DNA of 59,025 bases, from the NCBI GenBank assembly GCA_947476525.1, contig CANJQY010000002.1:1-59025 (forward strand), in the 5' to 3' direction. The notes beneath the pieces were generated by a model. It ran no database searches. It worked only from the letters and a program-made list of their open reading frames with translations, and was not told the DNA's origin. This stretch comes from Oligoflexales bacterium (GTDB taxonomy: Bacteria > Bdellovibrionota_B > Oligoflexia > Oligoflexales > RGVZ01). Below are positions 46,550 through 56,120 of this stretch, one piece after another (positions within the stretch are counted from its first letter, which is position 1; each line of letters starts with the position of its first letter). The position numbers and the translations under genes were made by a program.

Positions 46550-47830
46550 ATGATCTGGACATCAAAAGCGACTGTTTCAATCATGACGCTTGGTTTTTTA
46601 ATGGTTTTTCTCACAACATGCGGTAAAAATTCATCACAACCAAAAAATATTTTTGGGCAAGATGACCGACGATGGATCACCTCGACTGAATATCCCTATT
46701 CCGCCCTCGGAAAACTGGATAGCGGCTGCACGGGAACTCTCGTTGGGAAGAGGCTACTATTGACTGCAGCCCATTGTATTTTTGATCCAGGAACCCAGCG
46801 CCCTCGTACCAACTTCACCAAATTTAGCGCCAATCTCATTAATGGACAAAGTGCTGGCGAAGCACAACCCTTTAGAGCGTGGATCGGGTCCATTCAACCA
46901 GAACAGCAACGGGCCACCGATTGGGCGATCGTGGAACTCAGGCAAAACCTGGGCGACAGGCAAGGCTTTCTCGGAGTTGGCGCCAATGACTTTCAACATG
47001 GCCTACCATTGGCCGTGAATCTCATGGGTTATAGCGCAGATATTAATGGTGGTCTCACCGCAGGAATTCACTCCAATTGCCACGTGCAAAAATTAGCAGA
47101 AGGACGCATTCTTCATGATTGCGATGCCACGGCAGGAATTTCTGGTGCTCCCATTTTTGTACAAGAAGCCATAGGACCCATGATAGAAGGAATTAGTGTC
47201 AGCGAGTTTCGACAAAATTTACCGCCACCAGTCACCCGCGACACCTGGTCGGAAGAGTTCTCAAATGTAGGTGTTCCTTCGTCCGCTTTTTCTGATGTTG
47301 TCAGGCAACTTCGCGCAACCGTCGACACTAGCAGTGAGGGCGGCGTTGCGGCACCGACCTTCGCAAATGTCGTGGTGTTAGATTTTGTCCAGCCTCAGCC
47401 TCAGCCTCAGCCTCAGCCGCAGCCGCTGATCTCTTTTGAACAAATGAAAATCGCATCCGTTCTTTGGACCACTCTTGCCGCCATCCAACAGATTAACGCC
47501 GTTTTAAACGTCGACGCCTCAGACCTGCGAAACGTAGCAACAGGACGGAACTCTTCTGAATTTAATTCGGCAAACTCATACTTGCAAGATTGCATCAACA
47601 ATAACAATACGACTTGGAATAATTTCCAGGTGGCAGGCGACCGAGGTCTGTCGACCAACTTCAATACGTGGCTCCTGTACAATGGCTATTTATCCCTAAA
47701 AACTGGCCAGAAAAATCTCCTACAAGTGATCTCAACCCTCCCGCTAGAGGTTCAACAATCAGCTGCATTATCTCTTACTAAAATGGAAGATCACATACGG
47801 TCCATGGAGCAAAATATTTTTACGCGATAG
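46550..47830 (+). CDS. secreted S1 serine protease (V8/Glu-specific-like) with (QP)n linker and C-terminal domain
   Basis: GCTGTLVGKRLLLTAAHC (His), DWAIVEL (Asp) and DATAGISGAPIF (Ser). Start at ATG 46550 after GGGGGGA. Confidence 0.8.
   Translation: MIWTSKATVSIMTLGFLMVFLTTCGKNSSQPKNIFGQDDRRWITSTEYPYSALGKLDSGCTGTLVGKRLLLTAAHCIFDPGTQRPRTNFTKFSANLINGQSAGEAQPFRAWIGSIQPEQQRATDWAIVELRQNLGDRQGFLGVGANDFQHGLPLAVNLMGYSADINGGLTAGIHSNCHVQKLAEGRILHDCDATAGISGAPIFVQEAIGPMIEGISVSEFRQNLPPPVTRDTWSEEFSNVGVPSSAFSDVVRQLRATVDTSSEGGVAAPTFANVVVLDFVQPQPQPQPQPQPLISFEQMKIASVLWTTLAAIQQINAVLNVDASDLRNVATGRNSSEFNSANSYLQDCINNNNTTWNNFQVAGDRGLSTNFNTWLLYNGYLSLKTGQKNLLQVISTLPLEVQQSAALSLTKMEDHIRSMEQNIFTR
47390..47425 (+). repeat. 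hexanucleotide repeat (CAGCCT x4 + CAGCCG x2), in frame, encoding (QP)6
   Basis: Counted directly from the sequence. Confidence 0.95.
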
Positions 47831-47958
47831 CCCCCAGCATGCAGCCAAATTGTCGCAAAACATTCATGTCTGGCAACTTATGCAATTGCGATAATACCCG
47901 CCGCCACATAAATTTATTGTCGCATGGTCAACTTATTTCAACATAAAGGAAAATTAAA

Positions 47959-48507
47959 ATGAAATTAACTAAATCACTTCTAGGGCCTATGTTTGCTGCG
48001 TCACTTGTCGCATCCCTGACTACGTCCCAGACTTTTGCCGACAGTGACTCGAGCGCTATGGACTCGAGCACGATGACCGCTGTCGTTGAAAATTCTGGCG
48101 GCGTAATGATCCGGGTCCCCGTAGACGCAGATGGTCATGAACTTTCTTCAGCCGCAGAAATGCGCGTTACTGCCGCCGTTGACGCTTCCACGTTAGCCGC
48201 TCTTCCGACCGCATGGAATGACGGCATTGACATGACGAGGGCGCCAATTTTAGACAGTAGCACCGATTCAGATAGCTCCACCAATCACTCGGGATGGAAC
48301 CAATGGAACAACTACAATTCTGGATGGGGTAACACCAACTACAACCGGAATTCTTGTTACAACAACTACCGCCCGGTCTACTACAATTATGGAAATCAGT
48401 ATTCATACAGCAACCCACGCTACTATAATACGTACCAGCCATTCAACTACGGCAACTATTCTTGCCACGGCTACAGCTACTACTACTACCCGCGCCACCG
48501 CTGGTAG
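47959..48507 (+). CDS. secreted protein with an Asn/Tyr/Gly/Trp-rich low-complexity C-terminal half
   Basis: Signal peptide MKLTKSLLGPMFAASLVASLTTSQTFA. The C-terminus reads NHSGWNQWNNYNSGWGNTNYNRNSCYNNYRPVYYNYGNQYSYSNPRYYNTYQPFNYGNYSCHGYSYYYYPRHRW. RBS AAAGGAAA. A terminator follows. Confidence 0.7.
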   Translation: MKLTKSLLGPMFAASLVASLTTSQTFADSDSSAMDSSTMTAVVENSGGVMIRVPVDADGHELSSAAEMRVTAAVDASTLAALPTAWNDGIDMTRAPILDSSTDSDSSTNHSGWNQWNNYNSGWGNTNYNRNSCYNNYRPVYYNYGNQYSYSNPRYYNTYQPFNYGNYSCHGYSYYYYPRHRW

Positions 48508-48548
48508 ACTAAGCTTTAGACGAAACGTAACTGTTGACCATACAAGAA

Positions 48549-48573
48549 CCCCCATAGTGGGGGCTCTTTTTTT
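48549..48573 (+). terminator. rho-independent terminator
   Basis: CCCCCA-tag-TGGGGG hairpin, then ctc and a run of seven T, about 40 nt after the stop at 48507. Confidence 0.75.
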
Positions 48574-48755
48574 CCGACGTCTAGTGAAATCCAGGTTGGT
48601 GGGGGCGGGCGCCTAATGCCTAAAGGGTGCCCCTCCGACTAGCCAGACACGAATTTGCTTAAAAAGTGACCGTTTTCTATTGAATTAACCTCCATTTTCC
48701 ATTAAATAGTTCAGACATTTGAATTGCCCTTCCATAAAAAGGCGGCCCCCACCCC

Positions 48756-50660
48756 ATGCCCCAAACCTCGACTACTGCTCCGGTAAAGCCTGCAACCTCG
48801 CAGCCGATGGAATTTTTCGATGTGATTGTCATTGGTGGCGGTCACGCAGGCTGTGAAGCGGCCCTTAGTGCGGCACGCATGGGAGTTAAAACTCTGATGA
48901 TCAGCCAAAACATGGACCGCATTGGAGCCATGAGCTGCAACCCGGCGATTGGCGGCACGGCGAAGGGCCACCTGGTCAAAGAAATCGACGCCCTCGGCGG
49001 AGAGATGGGCAAGGCTATTGACAAAACGGGTATTCAATACCGAGTGCTAAACCGGAAAAAAGGACCGGCTATTTGGTCGTCTCGCGCTCAAGCGGATATG
49101 GACCTGTACCGCCGTTACATGAAGCACAAACTAGAGAACACTAAAGGGCTTAGCCTGCGTCAAGATTCGGTTGAAGGTCTTTTGATCGAAAAAACCGACG
49201 ACGGCCTTGACCGTGTGGTTGGCGTCGAGACCAAATTTTTTGGTAAATTTGCATCAGGTGCCGTCGTAATCAGTGCCGGCACATTTCTCAATGGTCTGAT
49301 TCATATTGGCTCGGAGCGCATTGCAGCAGGGCGTTCTGGTGATGCTCCAAGTATCGGCCTCGCAGAATTCATCAAAGCCACGGGGCTGCGCGTTGGCCGC
49401 TTAAAAACAGGGACAACGCCGCGCCTTGATGCGCGCACGATCAATTGGGATATTTTGCAGGTTCAACATTCGGACGAGGATATCATTCCATTTAGCTTTA
49501 CTAACGACCGCATAACTCAACCTTTGATCCCGTGCTACATGGCCCATACCAATTCACAAACGCACCAAGTTATCCGCGACTACCTGCACATGTCGCCACT
49601 TTATAGTGGAACGATTCAAGGCATTGGCCCAAGGTATTGCCCTAGCATTGAAGACAAAGTCGTGAAATTTGCAGACCGCGAGAGCCATCAAATATTTTTG
49701 GAACCACAAGGCTACGACACCGTTGAGGTCTATCCGAATGGACTTTCCACGTCACTTCCACTGGAAGCCCAATTAAAGTTTGTGCGCACAGTCCGCGGCC
49801 TTGAAAACGCTGAAATCATCCGCCCAGGCTACGCCATCGAATACGACTACGTCGACCCGACCGAGCTCAGCTCATCTCTTGAGGTTAAAAAATGCCCGGG
49901 ACTTTTCCTTGCCGGCCAAATCAATGGGACGACTGGATACGAGGAGGCTGCGGCCCAAGGATTAATGGCCGGCATTAATGCCGCTCGAAAAATTCTGGGC
50001 CAAGATAAATTTGTGCTTGGCCGCAGTGAAGCTTACATTGGAGTGTTAATCGACGACCTCATCACAAAGGGCACCCAAGAACCCTACCGCATGTTTACTT
50101 CCAGAGCAGAACACCGATTATATCTCCGCGAAGACAACGCCGATTCGCGGTTAACCGATCTTGGACGCAGCATCGGGCTTGTTACAAATGATGATTACGC
50201 ACTTTTTTCTGAGCGTCAGCGCCTGTTGCGCGATGTGACCCAATTTGTAAAAACAAAATCGTTTGGTGACGTCTCCCTCCCCAAAGAATTATTTGTTGGA
50301 AATGATAATACCGGCACAAAACTGGACGTCTTGCTACGTCGCCCAGATTTCGACGTCGACACGTTCATAGATTTAATTTCAGATCTTCAAAATTACCCTC
50401 GTCACATTGTTCGCCGAGTTGCCATTGAAATAAAGTACGAGGGCTACATCTTGCGTGAGCAGCGGGCAATTAAAGACAGTCAATACCTTGATAAGGTGCT
50501 GATCCCTCATGACCTCATCTTCAAGGGCATCCCTGGGCTTTCGTTTGAGGCGACTGAGAAACTAACTAAACTAAAGCCAGAAACACTCGGCCAAGCAAGC
50601 CGCATCAGCGGCATCACTCCGGCCGCGCTACAAGTGCTGCAAGTCCACTTACGCTCGTAA
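48756..50660 (+). CDS. mnmG: tRNA uridine 5-carboxymethylaminomethyl modification enzyme
   Basis: [44 protein letters not shown] and [17 protein letters not shown]. Length is 634 aa. Confidence 0.92.
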   Translation: MPQTSTTAPVKPATSQPMEFFDVIVIGGGHAGCEAALSAARMGVKTLMISQNMDRIGAMSCNPAIGGTAKGHLVKEIDALGGEMGKAIDKTGIQYRVLNRKKGPAIWSSRAQADMDLYRRYMKHKLENTKGLSLRQDSVEGLLIEKTDDGLDRVVGVETKFFGKFASGAVVISAGTFLNGLIHIGSERIAAGRSGDAPSIGLAEFIKATGLRVGRLKTGTTPRLDARTINWDILQVQHSDEDIIPFSFTNDRITQPLIPCYMAHTNSQTHQVIRDYLHMSPLYSGTIQGIGPRYCPSIEDKVVKFADRESHQIFLEPQGYDTVEVYPNGLSTSLPLEAQLKFVRTVRGLENAEIIRPGYAIEYDYVDPTELSSSLEVKKCPGLFLAGQINGTTGYEEAAAQGLMAGINAARKILGQDKFVLGRSEAYIGVLIDDLITKGTQEPYRMFTSRAEHRLYLREDNADSRLTDLGRSIGLVTNDDYALFSERQRLLRDVTQFVKTKSFGDVSLPKELFVGNDNTGTKLDVLLRRPDFDVDTFIDLISDLQNYPRHIVRRVAIEIKYEGYILREQRAIKDSQYLDKVLIPHDLIFKGIPGLSFEATEKLTKLKPETLGQASRISGITPAALQVLQVHLRS

Positions 50661-50778
50661 ATCCAAGGTCGTGCTCGACTCCGAGGCAAAGTGCTCTTTT
50701 GCGTCCTTAGGCCATCCTTCCTGTGGGACCGCGAATGCGGCTTTGCAAAACTCGTTTGTTTGCGCTAAAGTCAGAGCT

Positions 50779-51234
50779 ATGACTGAGCCTGAAATTAAAA
50801 TTATTGCCTCAAATCGCAAGGCTTATCACGAATACACCATTGGGGAATCGTGGGAGGCCGGCATCGCGTTGACGGGGACGGAGGTCAAAAGCCTGCGTTC
50901 GGGTAAATGCAATTTGTCAGACGGCTGGGTTGAGATCAGTGGTTATATTGCCCTACTGCGAGACGTGCATATCAGCCCTTATACACATGGCAACATCATG
51001 AATCATTTTGACAAACGTCCACGGCAACTGCTACTTCACAAAAAAGAGATTGTTAAAATTCAACGCGCCGTCGACTCTCAAGGGATGACGTGTGTCGCGA
51101 CTAAAATATATTTATGCGGCCAGCGGGTAAAAGTGGAAATTGCTTTAGCGAAGGGTAAAAAAGCCCACGACAAACGTGAAAGCAATAAAGAACGCGATTC
51201 CAATCGTGCGATTCAAAGGGCGATGAAACGCTAA
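50779..51234 (+). CDS. smpB: SsrA-binding protein
   Basis: IASNRKAYHEY...GTEVKSLR...HISPY...R.R.LLLHKKEI blocks. Start set at ATG 50779; the track ORF extends upstream from GTG 50671. Confidence 0.88.
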   Translation: MTEPEIKIIASNRKAYHEYTIGESWEAGIALTGTEVKSLRSGKCNLSDGWVEISGYIALLRDVHISPYTHGNIMNHFDKRPRQLLLHKKEIVKIQRAVDSQGMTCVATKIYLCGQRVKVEIALAKGKKAHDKRESNKERDSNRAIQRAMKR

Positions 51235-51250
51235 CGACTTGACACCTCGG

Positions 51251-52294
51251 TTATTTATCGGCGGGGAGGTCGCGTTCGTCAATCACCTTTAAAATCCGGA
51301 TTAATTCTGCGGCTGGCGCTTTATCGCCGTAGACACCGTTTGCCGGTATTTTGTCTGGATATTTTGGAAATAATACTGGCCCGCTCACAGAGGCACAAAC
51401 TTCCTGGCCGTTAAATTGGCCAAGGCGGCCACCTGCCGTCACCATTTTAAAGTTGTGCCAGCCTTCATCTAGAACTGGCCCTCCTGTGGGCGGGTAAGCC
51501 ACGATCTCGCCCCAGGTATACAAAGGTGCTGGAGGATTTTTCGACGGACGCTCACGACGCCCGAAGTGCGCAGCTGTGACGACAGCCAGAGCTTTTTTTA
51601 CGACTCCGAGACCCATCGCAATTTGCGCAGGATCAAATCCATTTTGACCGAGTTCCATGGTCACGCCATTACCCCCGTGGTGGTTGAGCCACTCGTCTGA
51701 GCACTGTCCTTCTTGTGAAAATCCTTTCCCCCAGTGTGTGATGATCGACACTTCAGGTGCCACGGCACGGGCCAATTTATACCCGTTTTTACTGTAGGGA
51801 AAAATCCAGAATGGTCGATCAATCTTAAGTCGAACTTGGTGAAAATCGATCAGTCGTTCAGACCTAGCAAGCAACGTCTCGAGATCATCGGCTCGACGAT
51901 CCTCGATCGTGTCAAGGGATTCACGCCCAAAGGAGCGGTTGAGGTCGCGGTCGACAAAACGCACACCTTTTTGGGCCGCGGCAATATTGCCCAATGCCAA
52001 GCCAATCGACACCTCAAGCGGTAGTTGTCCAGATTTCAGTGCGGCTAGCAGCTCATTAAGAATGGCCAAGCCGGCAACCTCGACTCCGTGAATAATCGCC
52101 ATCAAGGTCAAATTGACGTCTCGATCGGGCGCACGGTGAGTCCTGCGAGCAGCTTTCGGGTGAATTATATGAATGCGCGGGGCAAGGGTCTCGACGGCAA
52201 ATAGACCTGAAATGTCCTCAATTAATTGGTCAAATCGCAAGATTTCTTGCTCAACTTTTGCCAGTGGATTCAAATTTTCAGACATCGACACCAC
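51251..52294 (-). CDS. succinylglutamate desuccinylase/aspartoacylase-family zinc hydrolase
   Basis: AIIHGVEVAG (HxxE zinc motif region) and overall size and pattern. Assigned from memory only. Confidence 0.55.
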   Translation of the reverse strand: MVSMSENLNPLAKVEQEILRFDQLIEDISGLFAVETLAPRIHIIHPKAARRTHRAPDRDVNLTLMAIIHGVEVAGLAILNELLAALKSGQLPLEVSIGLALGNIAAAQKGVRFVDRDLNRSFGRESLDTIEDRRADDLETLLARSERLIDFHQVRLKIDRPFWIFPYSKNGYKLARAVAPEVSIITHWGKGFSQEGQCSDEWLNHHGGNGVTMELGQNGFDPAQIAMGLGVVKKALAVVTAAHFGRRERPSKNPPAPLYTWGEIVAYPPTGGPVLDEGWHNFKMVTAGGRLGQFNGQEVCASVSGPVLFPKYPDKIPANGVYGDKAPAAELIRILKVIDERDLPADK

Positions 52295-52475
52295 CCGCCA
52301 CCATGATTAGGCTTCCACAAGTTGATTAACTGGATAATATCACTGAATTCAATAATAGTTGAATCCTGTAGTCGAAATTTTCTTCATTCTTTGGCATAAT
52401 AGAGTAGCTTGGCAATATGCCCTGCATAGCAGCAGAGCAGAGTACCTGCATAACAACCGTTTAAGGAAGTACCAA

Positions 52476-52787
52476 ATGCCTGTCAAACTTTTAATGCTCT
52501 TGGTATTTGCAGTTGGTGCGTTGACAGGCTGTGACCCTGAGGGCTATAAAGATTGCGCTTGGACACTGGAACCTGAACCAAAACTTGTTGACACCATCAC
52601 CGACCTCGGCATGATCCCGGTTTGCGCAAGAAATCGTGAAAAGAACAAAGAGGACTGCCGATTTGAGACCACACTGGATTTTGCCAAGTCCGCTTGGATG
52701 CGTAAATTTAAGTACGTCGACATTGTCTCGGATAAATCCAAATTTCCACGCATAATATCCAAAATTGATTACTGTGATAACAAATAA
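52476..52787 (+). CDS. small lipoprotein, hypothetical
   Basis: Start at ATG 52476 after AAGGAAG. MPVKLLMLLVFAVGALTGC is a signal peptide plus lipobox. Confidence 0.6.
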   Translation: MPVKLLMLLVFAVGALTGCDPEGYKDCAWTLEPEPKLVDTITDLGMIPVCARNREKNKEDCRFETTLDFAKSAWMRKFKYVDIVSDKSKFPRIISKIDYCDNK

Positions 52788-52804
52788 AGGAAAGGAAATA
52801 AAAA

Positions 52805-53395
52805 ATGCGCTGCTCACGTCACTATTGCTCATTTGCCGTTGTGTTCACTTTAGGAATTTTCTCTTGTGTTTCAGCTGACGGAGCGTCACCTGCGAAGACC
52901 AGCCCTGATAATCTATCATCCATTACCGCCAAAACTGGCAACAATGGCCCCAAAAAAGAGGTCCCACCTAAGATCCAAGAAGACTTCCAAAACGAATTTG
53001 CCCGTCAGGTGGTCAAGGCCGGCCCTAATTCTGAGGGCTGGGCGCTGTTCTCAAGCAGCTCAATGGAAGACAACGGGCAACGCTGGATTATCAGGTCCCA
53101 CAAACCAAAAGATGAAATCATATCGTTTTGCTTCATTAAGCAGGGCACCACAAAATGTGACACATCCACTCCCGCCAAAAGATTAATGACACTTAAGGAA
53201 TTTTCAAAAATCGAAGCGGCCCTCAAAGCCGCCAACAGCCTTGAACACATCCTCCCAAAAGTTTTTGATGGGACGACTTACGAGTACTTGCACGCCCTCA
53301 ATAGCACGCCCGATACCGTGCGCGTTGTATTCAAAACCAGCAACACTCCCTTCCCGGCAGCCTACGAAACCTTGATCAAGGCATTCAATCACTGA
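52805..53395 (+). CDS. exported hypothetical protein
   Basis: Signal-like N-terminus ...FTLGIFSCVSADG. RBS AAAGGAAA. No family recognised. Confidence 0.55.
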   Translation: MRCSRHYCSFAVVFTLGIFSCVSADGASPAKTSPDNLSSITAKTGNNGPKKEVPPKIQEDFQNEFARQVVKAGPNSEGWALFSSSSMEDNGQRWIIRSHKPKDEIISFCFIKQGTTKCDTSTPAKRLMTLKEFSKIEAALKAANSLEHILPKVFDGTTYEYLHALNSTPDTVRVVFKTSNTPFPAAYETLIKAFNH

Positions 53396-53399
53396 AATT

Positions 53400-54560
53400 T
53401 TAGCGCCCAAGACTTATGCCAATGGCTTCGGCCGCAAGGAGAAACGGGTCTTTGAGGCTGAGACGTCGCGCTTCGCTTGCAAATTCGCCGTATTTCCTAG
53501 AGGTAATTTCACCGCCACGATAGCCGACCACCCTTCCAAATTTTTTCGCCGCTACCAAATCAACAGCATGCACTCCGAATGCCGTGGCAAGAATTCGGTC
53601 CAATGGCGCGGGTGAACCCCCGCGTTGAATGTGTCCAAGAACCGTAACTCTAGTATCGATTTTCGCCCTACCGTGAATTTCTCTAGCCACCTCATCGGCG
53701 ATGCCTCCGAGGTGGATTGACCCTGTGGACGAGGATCTAAATTTTGGTTCTTTCCCCACTTCGTGAGCTCCTTCCGCTACGACCACGACTGAGAAATTTC
53801 GGCCACGCTTACGCCTGCTTTCCATCGCCTTGATGATGGCATCATAACTAAAGGGAATCTCGGGAACTAAAATTATGTTTGCGGCAGATGCAATTCCAGC
53901 GTGCAAGGCAATGAACCCCGCATCTCGGCCCATAACCTCGGCCACCATGACGCGACTATGGGCTTCGGCGGTAGAATGAAGTCGAGAAATCGCTTCGGAC
54001 GCAACCTCTACGGCCGTCATAAAACCGATCGACACGTCTGTCGGCTCATAGTCATTATCAATGGTCTTTGGAATACCTACAATCGGCATTCCCGCGTCTT
54101 GGAGCATGACAGCCATGCGCTGAGTGCCGTCCCCGCCCACCACGATTAAACAATCTAGGCCCAGAGTTTTCCAATTGGCCAAAGCGTTAGATATGCCCTT
54201 GGCACCGGTTTCTGGATCTTTAAAGGGAGTGCCAGCATTTGAGGTGCCGAGAATTGTGCCGCCCTTTAGCAATATTCCCGACACATCGTTAAGCGTCAGC
54301 TCCCTGACCGCTGGCGGCGTTGTCATGATTCCATTAATGCTGCATTCGACACCGAATACTTTCATGTTGTAATTCAAAATCGCGTGCCGCGTCACGGCCC
54401 GAATCACTGCGTTTAGTCCAGGGCAGTCTCCTCCACCAGTGCAAATACCAATATTCACAGGTATGTTTCCTTTTTTTTGTTGTTTGTCGATGTCTATATA
54501 ATAATCGACTTTCGCCCAAGTAAGCAAATCTGAGCTATTATTTTTTAGCCCAAACATCAA
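53400..54560 (-). CDS. pfk: 6-phosphofructokinase (PfkA family, long/group-III-like)
   Basis: IGICTGGGDCPGLNAVIRAV, VVGGDGT, GIPKTIDND and MGRDAGF. Confidence 0.88.
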   Translation of the reverse strand: MMFGLKNNSSDLLTWAKVDYYIDIDKQQKKGNIPVNIGICTGGGDCPGLNAVIRAVTRHAILNYNMKVFGVECSINGIMTTPPAVRELTLNDVSGILLKGGTILGTSNAGTPFKDPETGAKGISNALANWKTLGLDCLIVVGGDGTQRMAVMLQDAGMPIVGIPKTIDNDYEPTDVSIGFMTAVEVASEAISRLHSTAEAHSRVMVAEVMGRDAGFIALHAGIASAANIILVPEIPFSYDAIIKAMESRRKRGRNFSVVVVAEGAHEVGKEPKFRSSSTGSIHLGGIADEVAREIHGRAKIDTRVTVLGHIQRGGSPAPLDRILATAFGVHAVDLVAAKKFGRVVGYRGGEITSRKYGEFASEARRLSLKDPFLLAAEAIGISLGR

Positions 54561-54574
54561 AAATCGAAATTTTG

Positions 54575-54583
54575 TGGTAAAAT
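54575..54583 (+). promoter_or_regulatory. extended -10 element (TGgTAAAAT)
   Basis: Ends 28 nt upstream of the TTG start at 54612. No convincing -35. Confidence 0.3.
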
Positions 54584-54611
54584 CATATGATTATACTTGG
54601 AGTAATACCCA

Positions 54612-55793
54612 TTGGCAGATAACAACCTCCCAACAAAAATTCTCATCGTTGACGACGATCCTTCTGTTGGGATCGCTCTCGAAAACGCGATGGCACGCCA
54701 TAAAATCACAGTGGTCAAGGCCAGTGACCTTGAGACTGCAATATACAAATTCAACACTGAACGTTTTGAAGTGGTGATCATTGAGCTCGAGTTCGGCCCC
54801 CTGCCCGGCCTAGCTTTGATCCAAAAATGGCGCGCTCACGAAATGATGGAAAAACGCAACACCGGCTTCATCGTCGCAGCGAGCAGTCAACGAACCGCGG
54901 GGCAAGACAATCTTGCCGGCGAGTTGAGCGACATTGAGACGGTAGTTAAACCCATTAAAGATATTCAACTACTCTCAATTTTGGCGAAAGCCTTAGGCAA
55001 TAAAAGAAAATCTCAACTATTTGCCGAGACAAAGACTCGGGTCATCGATCCTTTTTTGAAACAGGGTCAAGTGCAGAAGGCTGCCGATAAAGCGGCGGCC
55101 ATGATTTCCGAGGTGGGCAACAAAGCAGAACGCCTATTGCTTGATATTTATGAAACGTCTGACCGTTTCAAAGATTGCCTAGACACGGCGGTTAAAATGC
55201 TGGTACCTGCGCCAAATGACATAAATTTGATTGGCACCGCTGGTCGAATGCACATGAAGCTTGGGAATTTTAAGGATGCAAAACCCTATTTGGAAAAAGC
55301 CGATCAACTTGCCCCTCAAAACATTGAACGCCTCAACGCACTAGCGTCGATGTATATTCAAAACAAGGATCCGATAAAATCCGTGGGCGTGTTTAAAGAG
55401 TTAATCAAATTAAACCCTGAATCTCCTGACTACAAGTTTGAGGCCTTCAAGCTACTTTATGATGGCGGCTTTGATGAACAGGCTATTTCACTTGGCAAAG
55501 ATGTCGCCAAGCCAATGGAAATTGTCAGGCACTACAATAATAAAGGCGTCATGCTGTCCAAAGATGGGAAAGTTGCGGAAGCGTTGCTTGAGTATAAACG
55601 CGCCTTGATGTTCTACCCAAAATTCAAAGATAACTTTCGCATTTACTACAATATGGCCTTGGCCCACGTGAGCCTCAAAACTCCTGACGATTATGCGCAA
55701 GCTAAAACTTTTTTCACTAAATCGCTGGAACTTGACCCAACTTTTGACAAGGCAAAAGCGGGCTTAGCAAATCTGCCTAAGCTCGCTCCTTAA
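54612..55793 (+). CDS. response regulator receiver domain fused to TPR repeats
   Basis: ILIVDDDPSVGIAL...VVIIELEFG receiver. The C-terminal half has TPR-like repeats (AKPYLEKADQLAPQN, ALLEYKRALMFYPKF, AKTFFTKSLELDPTF). Confidence 0.7.
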   Translation: MADNNLPTKILIVDDDPSVGIALENAMARHKITVVKASDLETAIYKFNTERFEVVIIELEFGPLPGLALIQKWRAHEMMEKRNTGFIVAASSQRTAGQDNLAGELSDIETVVKPIKDIQLLSILAKALGNKRKSQLFAETKTRVIDPFLKQGQVQKAADKAAAMISEVGNKAERLLLDIYETSDRFKDCLDTAVKMLVPAPNDINLIGTAGRMHMKLGNFKDAKPYLEKADQLAPQNIERLNALASMYIQNKDPIKSVGVFKELIKLNPESPDYKFEAFKLLYDGGFDEQAISLGKDVAKPMEIVRHYNNKGVMLSKDGKVAEALLEYKRALMFYPKFKDNFRIYYNMALAHVSLKTPDDYAQAKTFFTKSLELDPTFDKAKAGLANLPKLAP

Positions 55794-55865
55794 AAACTTA
55801 TTCGTCGAAGGCAAAATCAACTGGTTGATAGCACAAACAGCGCTAGCAACCAGCACTAGCAAATA

Positions 55866-56009
55866 TTACTTCTTGTAGCCGCGACGGAAAGTAAGACCAG
55901 CACGTTGGCCTGGAATACTCTTCACTTGCTTACGACGACGCGAAATTTTCTTTTTTGCACGGTATTTCGCTGTTTTCTTACGGTTGCGGGCAGGACGGTT
56001 CTTACGCAT
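55866..56009 (-). CDS. 47-aa highly basic small protein (not in the ORF track because it is under 60 aa)
   Basis: My hand translation is MRKNRPARNRKKTAKYRAKKKISRRRKQVKSIPGQRAGLTFRRGYKK. AAGGAA lies 7 nt upstream of the ATG. It occupies an otherwise empty gap between converging or tandem genes. Confidence 0.55.
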   Translation of the reverse strand: MRKNRPARNRKKTAKYRAKKKISRRRKQVKSIPGQRAGLTFRRGYKK

Positions 56010-56120
56010 TTGGAATTTCCTTTTCTAAAACTCTAAAACACAAAAATGTTGAAAACGTATATAAATCATTCAAATAATAAAATCATCAAAAATAACAGCT
56101 ACAAACGAGTTTTTTCACTC

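Noticed and set aside
51235-51250. Expected a tmRNA (ssrA) gene next to smpB
   Set aside because: Only 16 nt separate smpB from the next, convergent gene. No tRNA-like acceptor/T-arm or tag-reading-frame structure was seen nearby.
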